DNA of 64,000 nt from Octopus sinensis (taxonomy: Eukaryota), in NCBI RefSeq assembly GCF_006345805.1, contig NC_043000.1, forward strand, positions 95,418,001 to 95,482,000. The letters run 5' to 3'. The first letter of the stretch is position 1. Each line of letters starts with the position of its first letter. Of the stretch, positions 1 to 12,636 are shown piece by piece. The position numbers and the translations under genes are program-made. A model generated the notes under the pieces. The model saw only the letters and a program-made list of their open reading frames with translations. It made no database searches and was not told where the DNA came from.

Positions 1-50
1 ATGTATACAATTATATCAATGTATATGCTAATATGTGTGTGTGTGTGTGT

Positions 51-91
<41 letters not shown>

Positions 92-1195
92 CCGTGTGTG
101 TTTGTGTATATAAACTTATACATATACATAAGCGTGTATATACACAAAATACATGCATATATATATATATATATATAGCAAAAGAGGGAGTGGTGTTTCC
201 ACGCAGGAAAAAATAAAGGAAAATGTGTTGTTGAAAATGCACTTAAATTACAAAACTCGTAAATGTTTAAAATACATTTATTTAAATATATACCAAACTA
301 GTTTGAACAATATTTTTTTGTTTATCAATAGTATAAGTGCAAAATTAGAAAAAACATCGTTATAAGTTTCAATTTTGACAAATCAAAATTTTTCAATGTT
401 GACAAACTAAAATGTTTCAATGTTGATAAATTAAAATGTTTCAATGTTGATAAATTATCATGTTCAAAACAGAAGGTGTAAGTTTGAAATTAAAACTGTA
501 TATTAATTTGTTAGAATGTACAAGGTTCATTAATTTCAGTGGTGGTCGACAAGTCATACTGAAAATAACAAGTGTGAGGATTAAAATAGCAAAAAAAGGA
601 AATTTGGTTTTCGGTTTCTCAGATCTTTAAACAGTCGCTTTCGCTTGTAATGGTATGTTTAGGGAAAGATGTATTTATAAATTTTTTTCTGCGAGAGGAT
701 CTGATTTTGATTCGTTAAAGAATTGATGAAGTTTTTTTTTTCCGTTGTCAAGCTTGTCGTTCTGCTTGGTTGGTTTCCTTGCGGATACGGTTATAGGTCG
801 TTCCGGTTGGTTGTTTCGCTTAAAGGATCTTTTCGTTGTATTCGCTGAAGTTCGGTTTTGATTGGTTTTTACGACGAGTTAAGAAATGAATGAATAACAA
901 GTGTGTATGACGCTGAAAGAATTAGAAGGCCAAACAATGCAAAACGGACCGTTATTTTAGGTCCTGAAATATTGGATACGTAAAAGACCGACAGTAACAA
1001 CGATAACGATCCGTCTTGCATTGTTTGACCTTCTAACTCTATCACCGTCACATTTCATAGAGCAAACCACATTTTATTGTATGTATATATATATATATAT
1101 ATATATAACAAACGATAGAGACGGAAATGGAACACACGAACAACTTTATTGCTCACAACGATTGTTTCCACACACACACACACACACACACACAC

Positions 1196-1228
<33 letters not shown>

Positions 1229-1280
1229 TATTGGTGAATTGAAGAAATGGAGCTGAACGAAGATTGAACAGAAATCGTTT

Positions 1281-1373
1281 TATTTCATTCTACACGTGTT
1301 TCGAAAGGCACAATTTACCAAAATCCGATTGAATAATGAGACCATATTGTGTCTTTCTCTTCAGGAAGAAATA
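1281..1373 (-). ncRNA. Type I hammerhead ribozyme (mirror copy in palindrome)
   Basis: Exact reverse complement of 1541-1633. Confidence 0.85.
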
Positions 1374-1540
1374 GGAAATCCGTTGGAAAAAACAAAAACA
1401 GAACAGAGGCGGAGCAAAACAAATCGAACTAGGCTCCTAAGAGCCCATGGCAAAACAGTTTTGCCATGGGCTCTTAGGAGCCTAGTTCGATTTGTTTTGC
1501 TCCGCCTCTGTTCTGTTTTTGTTTTTTCCAACGGATTTCC

Positions 1541-1633
1541 TATTTCTTCCTGAAGAGAAAGACACAATATGGTCTCATTATTCAATCGGATTTTGGTAAA
1601 TTGTGCCTTTCGAAACACGTGTAGAATGAAATA
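1541..1633 (+). ncRNA. Type I hammerhead ribozyme
   Basis: Stem I TATTTCTTC/GAA(T)GAAATA; core CTGAAGA 1550-1556; stem II GAAAGACACAAT/ATTGTGCCTTTC; GAAA 1612-1615; palindromic stem III CACGTG; predicted cleavage after GTA at 1623. Confidence 0.85.
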
Positions 1634-1839
1634 AAACGATTTCTGTTCAATCTTCGTTCAGCTCCATTTCTTCAATTCACCAATAATATTTTAATTTCAA
1701 TTATCCGCACCAACGCACGGTTGTAACACCATATGGTTGTACCTCCAACCGTGCTGTTTTCTGCTGTGATTTTTGCTACCAAGGTATCGGTTAAACTTTT
1801 GATTAATCTGCTACAAGATTATTCATCTTTCTATTTCAC

Positions 1840-1916
<77 letters not shown>

Positions 1917-1924
1917 ATATATAA

Positions 1925-2027
1925 AGGAGCTTCACAGACTATACTGTTTCATTCAAGAGAAATCTTCAGGAAGCTGCTTCCTGAAGATTTCTCTTGATGA
2001 AACAGTACTATCCTGTAGAAGCTCCTT
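1925..2027. ncRNA. Imperfect palindrome (axis 1975) carrying two minimal hammerhead motifs
   Basis: Plus copy reads GCTTC CTGAAGA tttctcttgat GAAA CAG tactatc CTG T A GAAGC. The minus copy has the better stem II (TTC/GAA) but lacks position 17. Confidence 0.7.
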
Positions 2028-2159
2028 CTATATAATAATTATTTTACTCTGCTATGTATGAGTACCTTACTTACTGTGGTTAACCCCGGATCAACCCGGA
2101 AGGACCTACATATATATATATATATATATATGTGGTGTGTGTGTGTATATATATATAGG

Positions 2160-2340
2160 GCGAATTTTAAAAAATACAAAAGACGAAGGCAGGTGGTGTA
2201 GACAACTAACAGATGTATTAGTATAACGCTCGGGAAGTGAAAAAGTCTTTAACGTTTCGAGCCTACGCTCTTCCACAGAAGGAACACAGAAAGAAACAAG
2301 GAGGGAGAATAAAGAATGTGTAGTGGCTAGCGATCTATCT
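2160..2340 (-). repeat. Short PLE pLTR-like repeat with variant hammerhead (CTGTGGA core)
   Basis: Reverse-complement homolog of 5135-5310; motif CTGTGGA A GAGC gtag GCTC GAAACGTT AAAG at 2247-2282. Confidence 0.65.
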
Positions 2341-2349
2341 ATCTATCTA

Positions 2350-2406
<57 letters not shown>

Positions 2407-2539
2407 TATTATATATATAATATATATATATGAATCTACTCTTCAAACTCACTTGCATCTACTAGTTAGAGGCTTAATGCAAAATAAGAAATGAGTCACC
2501 AACAGCTGGTTCTGCCTTACCACTTTTCCCTTACGAACC

Positions 2540-2830
2540 CTTTGGTTGTTGACAAATGATGCTTATACTCCTTAACTATCTGCTAGTTCATTCATTGGGC
2601 AATTTCTCTAAGGACCTTGTGCTCCCACGTGTATCAATCTTCCTTCCGTGTGCCATAACATTCGATTAAAATGTGCTTCAGAGTACAGAGAGTTGTTCCA
2701 CACTGATGACATAATAGGTCTTCCACTTCGGTTCAGATTTTAAGGTTATTTAGTGTTGGCAAGAGGCCAGAAGTAACACCCAAGAAGAAAGAAGATTTTC
2801 CCCAGTCAACACACTAGAGTTTCCTCCAGG
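2540..2830 (-). mobile_element. C-terminal fragment of an RLE-type non-LTR retrotransposon (HERO/NeSL-like), degenerate
   Basis: Manual translation gives FFLGVTSGLLPTLNNL...LLCHQCGTTLCTLKHILIEC (CCHC knuckle), followed after a frameshift by a YTWEHKVLREIA (YxWRHNxVL-like) motif. Confidence 0.65.
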
Positions 2831-3284
2831 TTTGTGATCGCTCGTGAACTTAATCTCACTATGTCCGTTGTCCCATGTGTGTGTGTGTTTCTGTCTGTGT
2901 ATGTGTATTTTCTTTCACAATGGAGATTCTTTATATTCTTTAAATTGTTTCAGGTTCAAAGCTGCGGTCATGCTGGGGTACCTCATGACTCAGTATGCGT
3001 AGCTTCTCCAGCTGACACTGTTTTTAATTAAATGGGATAACTCGATAATTATATTTCGTGCGATTTAATTAATTTTGCCACATTATTTACATTAACCTCA
3101 AACTCAAGCATCTTACGCAGTTTATTAAATCATTACAATCCTGTATTTATTTTTCCCCAACTCTTTATGGCCGAAGAGATTCTGAGGGAATTTTCTTTCT
3201 TTTTACCATTTTTTCGATAATTTAAAATAATATTCAGTAATCTCTTGAAGTGTTTGTTATATTTTAATGGATACTAAATATTTG

Positions 3285-3690
3285 TTTCTAATTTTGGCAT
3301 AAGGTCAGCAATTTTGAGATGAGGGGAAGTCGATTACATCGACCCCAGTACTCAACTGGTACTTATTTTATTAACTGCAAAAGTATAAAAGATAAAGTCG
3401 GCCTCAGCGGAATTTGAACTAAGAACGTAATGAGTCTGAAGAAATGCCGCTAAGCAGTTTGTTCGCCACGCTAACGAGTCCACCAGTTTGCGTCCTTAAG
3501 ATTAATTAAATAATCCTTTCTACTATAGGCACATCACCTAAAATTTCGGAGGTAGGGGCTAGACGATTACATCGACCCCAGTAACTGACTGGCACTTATT
3601 TCATCGACCCCCCTAAGGAATGATAGACAAAGTGGACCTCGGCGGAATTCGAACTCAAAACGTAATGAGTCTGAAGAAATACTGCTAATT
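3285..3690 (-). mobile_element. Two tandem tRNA-like/Nin-domain-like SINE units (family B)
   Basis: Each unit carries the minus-strand GAGTTCAAATTCC B-box and a CTTTCATCC...GGGTCGATAAAATAAGTACC-like central domain. Confidence 0.75.
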
Positions 3691-3729
3691 AAATGACAAA
3701 TTAAATAATAACCTAGAGTACTGTTGCTC

Positions 3730-3770
3730 TTCTTCTTCTTCTTCTTCTTCTTCTTCTTCTTCTTCTTCTA
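3730..3770. repeat. (TTC)n microsatellite
   Basis: Direct reading. Confidence 0.95.
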
Positions 3771-4693
3771 ATCAGGACTCACGCCATTAGCCACAAAGAA
3801 TAATCTCTAATTCGAGCCTACACTAAGCTACTAAGAATGCGTGTGGCAACTTGAAAATCCACCCACCACACGCGATAGACTGGCGGTTGCACGGGCACGA
3901 AAGCTACGGTGTTATCCTCATTCCGTAAATGGTGGCTTTTAACGAGTGGAGAGCTGAACCATCCTAGGGTACAGAGGATTCGCAATCTCGACTAGGGTCT
4001 GAAAGTTTACCACACCATAGTAGTTTACACCATGACACTTCTGCTTTGTGGCAGAAGTAGGAAGAAAGAGTGAGAGAAAGTTGTGGCGAAAGAGTACAGC
4101 AGGGTTCACCACCACCACCCCCTCCCCGCCAGAGACTTGTGGAGCTTAGGTGTTTTGAGTACTGTTGCTGCATGTTTCTCGTTCAGAGATTTGGAACTAA
4201 TAGATTTTCTATAAATAATAACTGTTCATAACTGTTTTTGATAGTCATTGCCAACAAGAGCTTTGAAATTTGCTGCTGTTATTTCAAATTTCCTTTGTCT
4301 CAGTCATTAGATTACAGCCATGCTGGAGCACCATCTTGAATGGTTTTCTAGGACAAATAAAGCCCTGAAGTCTGGCGCGTATTTTATCGCTCTCCTTTTT
4401 TTTTTGCAGAAATATTATGTTGCGGAGGTGTAAACAACCAATACTAGTTATCAAGAGTACAATCACAAAGACGCACACATACGCATATACATTCACAGAC
4501 AGACAGATAGAGGCAGACAGGCAGACAGATAATTATTTTTTTAATCGACTGAAGTTACAAAGGGACTCAAGCGCCGAGTTTCGTACATGGTTCATATCAG
4601 TCTCTCGGACTTTGAGTCTCTTGGTAATTTCTGCCGATTAAAAATAATATGTATGTATATACATGTGTGTGTTGTGTGTGTGTGTGTGTGTGT

Positions 4694-4937
4694 GGAGGCG
4701 CGTGATTTAGTGGTTAGGGTGTCAACATCATGATCGTAAGATTGTGGTTTCGGTTCCTGAACCGGGCGACGCGTTGTGTTATTGAGCAAAACACTTCATT
4801 TCACGTTGTGCCTCGGCTGGCAAAAATGAGTAACGCTGCGATCGACTGGCGTCCCGTCCAGCTGGGGGGAACACATATGCCATTGAAACCGGGAAACCGG
4901 GCCCATGAGCCTGGCTAGGCTTTAAAAGGGCGCATTT
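4694..4937 (+). mobile_element. tRNA-derived SINE (octopus OR-type)
   Basis: A-box TAGTGG, B-box-like GTTTCGGTTCC, conserved TTGAGCAAAACACTTCATTTCACGTTG central domain and GAAACCGGGAAACCGG tail. Confidence 0.8.
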
Positions 4938-4999
4938 ATATATATATATATTCAGAAATTAGATTTTATGTGTCTTGTTTGCGCTACAAAACTTATATT

Positions 5000-5079
<80 letters not shown>

Positions 5080-5134
5080 TACATATAGAGATACATATAT
5101 GTTATATGACCCCTCTGCCCGGCATTCGCCATGA

Positions 5135-5310
5135 TAGATCGCTAGCCACTACACATTCTTTATTTTCTCTCCCTGTGTCTTTCTGTGTTCCCTACTGTGG
5201 AAGAGCGTAGGCTCGAAACGTTAAAGACTTTTCCACTTCCCGAGCGTTAAACTAATACATATGTTTGTTGTCTACACCACCTGTCTTCGTCTTTTGTTTT
5301 TTTATGAGAA
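5135..5310 (+). repeat. Short PLE pLTR-like repeat with variant hammerhead (CTGTGGA core)
   Basis: CTGTGGA 5195-5201, GAGC/GCTC stem II, GAAA 5215-5218, ACGT stem III; inverted homolog at 2160-2340. Confidence 0.65.
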
Positions 5311-5691
5311 TCTTCCCCCTATACATGTGTATATATGAGTGTATAGGTATGTGTGAGCGTGAACATATGCATATGTGCAAGCGCATGCGTGTACATATGA
5401 GCGTTTATATATATTTATGTTTATACTAAAGTTAGCTCTTCAATTTGATACCTATATAATTGAACTTATTCTAATTAAGAATAGATTTCTATCTGGTTAT
5501 TTACTGAAGGTAATTATAAACTACGATAGAAATAACCATCAACTAAGATGATGGGAATATGTGAAATATTTGATGAAAGTTGATCTGTAAATGTAGCCTC
5601 AGAATTATAAAGTAAATCATTGAGAACACTTGCTGAATCAAAAAAAAAGTGCGACTGCCTCGATATTTCACACCCGTATTCTTGCTCTAGT

Positions 5692-5991
5692 GGAGATACA
5701 TGGCCTAGTGATTAGAGCAGCGGACTCGCGATCGAGGGATCGCGGGTTCGAATCTCAGACCGGGCGATGTGTGTGTTTCTGAGCGAAACGCCTAAGCTCC
5801 ACGCGGCTCCGGCAGAAGGTAATGGCGAAATTCTGCTGACTCTTTCGCCACAAATTTCTCTCACTCTTTCTTCCTGCATCTTGCAGCTCACCTGCGACAG
5901 ACCGGCGTCCCATCCAGGTGGGGAACCTATACGCCAAAGAAACCGGGAAACCGGCCCTTATGAGCCAGGCGTGGCTCGAGAAGGAACAAAC
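5692..5991 (+). mobile_element. tRNA-derived SINE (octopus OR-type)
   Basis: TGGCCTAGTG A-box, GGTTCGAATCT B-box, tRNA-like head; tail shared with 4694-4937. Confidence 0.85.
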
Positions 5992-6184
5992 ATTTTTACT
6001 CTAATCTAAGGGTCGATTAATCTGGTTTTCACTACAGAAACTTTATACAAGTTTCTCTAATGGATGCTAGATTTAAGACGTTTGTATTTGCATCGGTTTA
6101 ATCTGAATTATATTCCATTTTCGGGGGATATCCCTACATGCTACTTTTGTAGAGCGGTTCTCTTTCTTCAGTTATTCAATATGA

Positions 6185-6545
6185 AGGCTAAAGCCCCCAC
6201 TTCAGTCGTGAATGACCATGGAATATAAAGGATAAAAACCTCCTTCGGTCATGAATAACCATGGGATACACCTAGAAAGTGCTCCTCCGAGGCACAAGTC
6301 TGGGTACGCTTGTTTATGGAAGACTAACAGCCGCCCATGCATACCAGCCTCCGTTCTCTACGCCACCGATGTTATCCAAGGGAAAGGCAAAGACCTATAC
6401 AGCTTGGCATCAGTGACGTTACAACTGGGACAACGTGGAAATAAAGTGCCTTACTCAATAACACAACACACAGTTCGATCCGGGAATCGAACTCACTACC
6501 TCACGATTGTGAGCCCGAGGCTCTGACCACTGAGCTAAGCGCCTT
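6185..6545 (-). mobile_element. tRNA-derived SINE
   Basis: Homologous to 37461-37790; tRNA head on the minus strand at about 6470-6545. Confidence 0.75.
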
Positions 6546-7679
6546 TACAGTTATTCGACATATTCTGAGATATTTCAAGCATGCGAAAGAGAGGGGGGGA
6601 AGAAGAAAGATTCTTAGAATAAAGAAAGAGAAGGAGATTTATTAAGACAGTGCAATTAATGTATAGATTTGAAAAATAATTTGTTAATATGCTTTACTAC
6701 AAAAATATAGTTTCCTATGTTAAAACTATTTATTTATCTATTTATTTCATATTGCGAAACAACACTACTAAATCGAATCAAATAAATCTATGAACATTTC
6801 CCCCGCGACGCGCTATGCCAGGAATAAGCTGCGTTTAAAATCAGAATTCTACCAAGATTGCAATGAAATTTGATTACTTTTGATGGGTGCATATATAAGC
6901 CACAAAAAAATAAGAGAGGAAATATATTAATTTCATACCTTGGCACGATGCCACAATTTCTAAGAAAATAAATAAAGACAGTTACCAAGAGGAATAACTC
7001 AATCTGGTAAGATAAATAAGGCAATTTATATATTTCAGTAGATGAAAAACATTGCAAAGCCTGTATCGATCTTTTACGTTCGAGCCAATGAACTGGCCAA
7101 TGCCAAAATTTGGCTGTCATGAACACAGAAACCTGAAAACTGCTCCGTGTTAAAAGGAATTTGAGTGGCAATGTAGAGACAGACTGGCTATATTTCTTTC
7201 ATAGGCAAGGGATAAATAACTCCATTTTGTATTGATACCAATATAAATCTATAGCAGGCATCTGTTTCATCTGTTGCTCTAGACTTCATTTTCAGTGTGC
7301 TTGAAATGATTCTCTTCTTATCAAATATTGTACTTAAGGTTCTTTATTGCTCATATATTCTATTTAGGTTTCTTATCGTTCATACCTAGCATCTAATATA
7401 ATACGCATCACTTTGTGGTCTCTCTCTCCTTTGTTCTTACATGTCAATAAGTCAGGTGTCTATACTATACGGTATATATATATAGAGAGAGATATAGATA
7501 GATAGAGATACATACACACAAACACACACACACACACACACACACACATCAAACACATAAACACATACGTATATATAATATATATATATATATATCAAAA
7601 CATATGTACATATATATATATATTATATATATATTATATATATCAAAACATATGTATATATATATATGTATATATAGAT

Positions 7680-7733
<54 letters not shown>

Positions 7734-8000
7734 ATATATATATGATTATAAGGGAAAATTATAAACTATTTCCTCCAATGCATAGACTTCACTTTCAAGT
7801 GCTCAGGATATTAGACCTGAGACGTTAGAATAATGCAGAAGTAGAATCAAAGTTAGGCAAATCAAGTTCACATATACATTTATATTTATTCAGCCCCAGA
7901 CCCAGCATGAATGAATTTCTCAGTAAGTGTATTCCATATATCAAACATAATTTAAATATGTAGATATATAAAAATATGTATAGAGTAATCAATATATTAA

Positions 8001-8061
<61 letters not shown>

Positions 8062-8348
8062 CAAGAATATATAAATATACAAACATATACATTAAAAAAT
8101 ATATTGAAAAAATAAATATATATTTTGTTCGACTTACAGATTATAGAACGAAGTTATAAAAAGAGTTAAGAGTCTTTTAAAATGTTTGGGTGTTGTTAAA
8201 TCTGTTGATAATCCCACGACCATTTCTGGGGGTTCGGTTGTCCTGTCATATAAAAGACATTTACATCAATTGTAGGACACCACCTCATTCATCAGGGAAA
8301 ATAAGTTTCTAAAAAATCATCTCAAGTTTTGCCTAACATTGATTATTA

Positions 8349-8383
<35 letters not shown>

Positions 8384-8583
8384 GTGTGTACGCGTGGATG
8401 TATGCGTGCATGCAGGTATATGTATTGGACGGTTTTCTGTACAATTCCCGTCTAATATATTTTACTCCGAGGTTATTGTAAAAGACACGCGTCCAAGGTT
8501 CCACACACTGGGATTGTACTCGAAAATATGCAGTTGCGAGGTAAACCTCTTAAGCACACATGCATTCATATCTGTATCTGTGC

Positions 8584-8616
<33 letters not shown>

Positions 8617-8991
8617 CGAAAGAAGGTTTGAAAATGCAATTTAAAAGATGTTTATTTACTTTCAACAAGTTCCTTAAAATATTGGGCACAAAAGATTACT
8701 ACATAAATAATCATTCTCAAGGACATGCTTAAGATAGTTTCCAGAAGGAATTGATATTGGTATTGGTATTGAAATCTGTATATTCAAACATGTACAGAAT
8801 ATTGGTTGACACAAAGTACTACAATCCATATAAATATACATTCTTTGGTGACAAGAGCATGTTGAGAATATAAAAAAGTTTAACAAGCTCATTGAAATAA
8901 TGGGCACAAAAGATTACAACAAATATATTATACATTCTCAAGATAATTTCCAGAAGGAATTATTAAAAAAGTTCAGTATATATATATATAT

Positions 8992-9370
8992 ACTAGCAGT
9001 ATCGCCCGGCGTTGCTCAGGTTGTAGGGAAATAACTATAAGCATTTTTAGAGAGTTATAGCAAAAAATAGCAAAAAAATGGAAAAAAAACTATGGTAAAT
9101 TTTTTGAGAGTTAAAAAAGGTCGAGTTGCGTCCCCTAGACAGTCTGTGTTTGTGTTTCTGATTCTCGACCCCATGTCGAATTTATCGATTTTTTTCAGAA
9201 CTGGGGGAACTTTTCAAAATTTTCGCTGCGTAGTTTTGAATTATGGACATTGGGCTATGTGTGCGTCAAGTTCATCAGAATCGGTTGAAAGCCGTGGTCA
9301 GGGTGAGGGTACAACCAAACAGACACACAGAAACACACACAGACAAACTGCCGTTTATATATAGAGAGAT
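8992..9370 (+). mobile_element. Non-autonomous Helentron/DINE-1-like element
   Basis: 5' ACTAGC...CGCCCGGCGTTGCTC, internal (AC)-rich tract and 3' CTGCCGTTTATATATAGAGAGAT; this architecture is typical of HINE/DINE-1 elements. Confidence 0.6.
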
Positions 9371-9761
9371 ATACACTTGCGTCAGAAATTAATTAGCACT
9401 TCTCAAATTTCTACATTAAATAGGTTAAATCAATTAACCTATGAGCTGTTCAAAACGTCTTACGCGATGAGAAAACTTAGTATGGTGTGATTTCGGTCCT
9501 TGCGAGGCGCTACCTATATCTATTAAACAAAGGAAGATTGTCTGCAATCCGCACTCCAAGTTGTTGCACTGCTATGTCAACATCATAAGGGTGTAGACTC
9601 TCAAACTGCTCTGCAAACAAAGTTACGTCATCGTTCTGCGCAACAGTGAACTCGCAACAAAGCAATAGTTCGAGATATGGCCACTAGGTGACAGCACATA
9701 CCTTGAGGGAAGAGCAAATCAAGGGTGCTAATTAATTTCTGACGGTAGTGTATATATATAT

Positions 9762-10162
9762 ACTCTTTACTTCTTATTCTTTTACTTGTTTCAGTCTTTT
9801 GACTGTGGCCATGCTGGAGTGCCACCTTTAGTCGAGCAAATCGACCCCAGGACTTATTCTTTGTAAGCCTAGTACTTATTCTATCAGTCCATTTTGCCGA
9901 ACCGCTAAGTTACGGGGACATAAACACACGGTTGTCAAGCGATGTTGGGGGACAAACAACAGACACACAAACATATACACACACATACATATAATATATG
10001 TGCATAAATACGACACGCTTCTTTTAGTTTCCATCTACCAAATCCACTCACAAGGCTTTGGTAGAGGCTTCAGTAGAAGACATTTGCCCAAGGTGCCATG
10101 CAGTGGGACTGAACCCGGAACCATGTGGTTGGTAAGCAAGCTACTTACCACACAACCACTCC
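9762..10162 (-). mobile_element. Abundant tRNA-derived SINE (family A)
   Basis: Full head, central CCTTGGGCAAGTGTCTTCTACT domain and GCATGGCC-CAGTCAAATGACTGAAAC-type tail. Confidence 0.9.
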
Positions 10163-10267
10163 GACGCCTATACATATATGTGTGTGTGTGTGCGTGTGTA
10201 TGTGTGTGCGTGTGTGTGTATGTATATATATATACGTATATATCAACGTATATGTGTGTGTGTAGTT

Positions 10268-10302
<35 letters not shown>

Positions 10303-10705
10303 ACATGTTTATATGTATGTACAGTGGGTGATGCCACTTGTAAAACACTTGTAAACCACACAAACACACACAATGACATACACACACACACACAAACACA
10401 CACAAATAAATAATATATATTCATTGTATCTTACAGCTCTCCTCAATTATGATTTCCATTACATTATCCGACTTTATATGTTCGTTTTAAGAAGAACACT
10501 CTGACATATAACGAAAATATGTTTCCAATTTGAAATAAGCTTTGCTATACGTCCTGTTTGTGCACATATGTGTATATCTATCTGAGACACACACACATAC
10601 ACACACACCCGTACACACACATAGACACATAGACACATGCGCACACACACATACGCACACACACATACACACATACGCGCGCGCACATTGTCTCATGTAC
10701 CCCTG

Positions 10706-10753
10706 TTGTGTGTGTGTGTGTATGTGTGTGTATTGTGTGTGTGTGTGTGTGTT

Positions 10754-10816
<63 letters not shown>

Positions 10817-10829
10817 TTGTGTGTGTGTG

Positions 10830-10860
<31 letters not shown>

Positions 10861-10948
10861 TTCTGTGTGTGTGTTTGTGCGTGTGGTGTGTGTGTGTGTG
10901 TGTGTGTTTGGGTGTGTGTGTATGTGTGTGTGTATGTGTGTGTGTGTT

Positions 10949-10987
<39 letters not shown>

Positions 10988-10988
10988 T
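10706..10988. repeat. Long interrupted (TG)n microsatellite
   Basis: Direct reading; source of the spurious CV-rich ORFs. Confidence 0.95.
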
Positions 10989-11567
10989 ATTTCTTAAGCG
11001 TTTCTTGAAAGTGTCATTTCTTCCACAACAAAACTTTGTGTCTCATCTTCAAGGTTTTTGTTTGTTTTTCATAAATCGTTTTGTTTTGCTTCGAGTTTTT
11101 TTTTTCCTTCATGTTTGTCTCTTTTCACGACTTTCAACATGTGCAAGTGCTCCAGCTGTCACCGTTTTTAATTAAATAAGATTTTTGATAACTATTTTTC
11201 TTGTGATTCGATTAATTTTACCACGTTTATTCTTCATTTGTTTTAACCTCTAATTTGAAGCTTCTTAGAAAATTATCCATTGTTTACTACGTCATTGCAA
11301 TTGTGTTTATTTTTCCTGCTAAATATTTAAGATCAAAGATTTTCTGAAGAAAACACCAACTGAAATATTTTTTTTTCTTTTCTACACAGAATTTAGATAT
11401 CCAATATTCTTTAATCATGTTTAACAATCTCTAAAATATTTTAATGAATATTAAATGGCATCCACATAATTCTACAGAATTGTATTAATGTCTCCGTGTA
11501 TGTTGTCTCTGATATGACAGGAAAGAGTGAAAACGAGAAAATTTAAAATGAAGTTATCAAAGCTAAA

Positions 11568-12020
11568 ATGCGGCTGTTTGACTGTGCAAACACCTGGCTG
11601 TTAAACGCGGTTAACTTGGGACTGTTTGATGGAAGTAACACTGAGCTGTTTGACGAGACTTTATTATGGGGCCTGCTTGATGGGGCTGTTTGACAGGGCC
11701 AGCATGGCGCTCTTTGAGGGAGCAGTTTGACGAGTCTAATATCAGGGAGTTTCACGGGAAACATGAAGCTGCTTGACGGGCTTAATATGGAGCCACTTGA
11801 CGGGGTTAACATGATGCTGTATGATGGAGTTAACATGGAGCTGTTTGATGAGCTGTTTGAAGAAGCTTTGAAGGAGCAGTTTGACGGATCTAACATGAGG
11901 CTGTTTTTCGGGGTTAACATGGAGCCGCTTGATGGTGTTAACATGAAAATGCTTGACGGGACAAATTTGGTACTGCTTCACGGGGTTAACATTGGACTCT
12001 TTGATGGGGCTAACTTAGGT
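11568..12020. repeat. Degenerate 24-bp minisatellite (consensus about AACATGGAGCTGTTTGACGGGGTT)
   Basis: Eight-residue periodicity in both-strand ORFs (NMELFDGV on +, MLTPSNSS on -). Confidence 0.8.
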
Positions 12021-12636
12021 CAGTGTCGATAGAGCTTAACAATCTTTAAGAAAGTTATTGTATATTAATGCAAATAGCATGTTTATCTTAATATGATCTT
12101 AAATTTATCATAAAGCTACACAATAACTACGAACAAAATAATCTAGATTTATAACCGAACCGATTCCCATTCATGCATTTTTTACTTTTTACGATCCCAA
12201 GCCCACACTAATGTTATCTAATATGTCCCAAAACCTTGCCCAGCTGCTGAAAGGATCATCATTATCAGTTCTATAAAGTAACGCTATAAGCGAGATGGAG
12301 GCATGTTAGCGCTGATTACAGATTTGATTAATCTTTATCAGTGATCCATTATTCCGTCACCGAGGGTTAAAGAACTCAATTCACCTCGCGAGTCTTATAG
12401 AAACATCATAAGAAACATTTACTGATTCCGAAAATGGTGAAGTGAGAATTATATATTATTAATGTGGCTATTCTCTGGCGGTACACGCCAGTTGTAGTTC
12501 AAGCTTCCGCAGCTAGAGGCCGCTTGATGCGACCCTCAAGCATCAGTCTGCTGACCTGCGTCGTAGAGTGAAGTCGTACTGTCATGTAGTATGCCTTTGT
12601 TTTACAATGCTTCTGCCCTGTTCGTCGATTTTTGCG

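Larger units (their letters stand above)
1225..1689. repeat. Perfect 465-bp palindrome (two 232-bp arms, 1-nt spacer at 1457), PLE pseudo-LTR-like
   Basis: Arms are exact reverse complements by inspection. The ORF track gives an identical 85-aa product on both strands (1296..1553 + and 1361..1618 -). Confidence 0.97.

Noticed and set aside
218-1060. Possible PLE N-terminal/5' region next to the palindrome
   Set aside because: No diagnostic protein motif recovered by hand.
1296-1618. Identical 85-aa ORF on both strands
   Set aside because: A consequence of the palindrome; the underlying signal is RNA structure, not protein.
6150-6180. Minus-strand CTGAAGA-A-AGAG/CTCT
   Set aside because: No GAAA after stem II.
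8210-8302. Minus-strand CTGATGA...GAAATGGTCGT hammerhead candidate
   Set aside because: Stem II junction disrupted and no clear U16.1/H17; at best a decayed copy.
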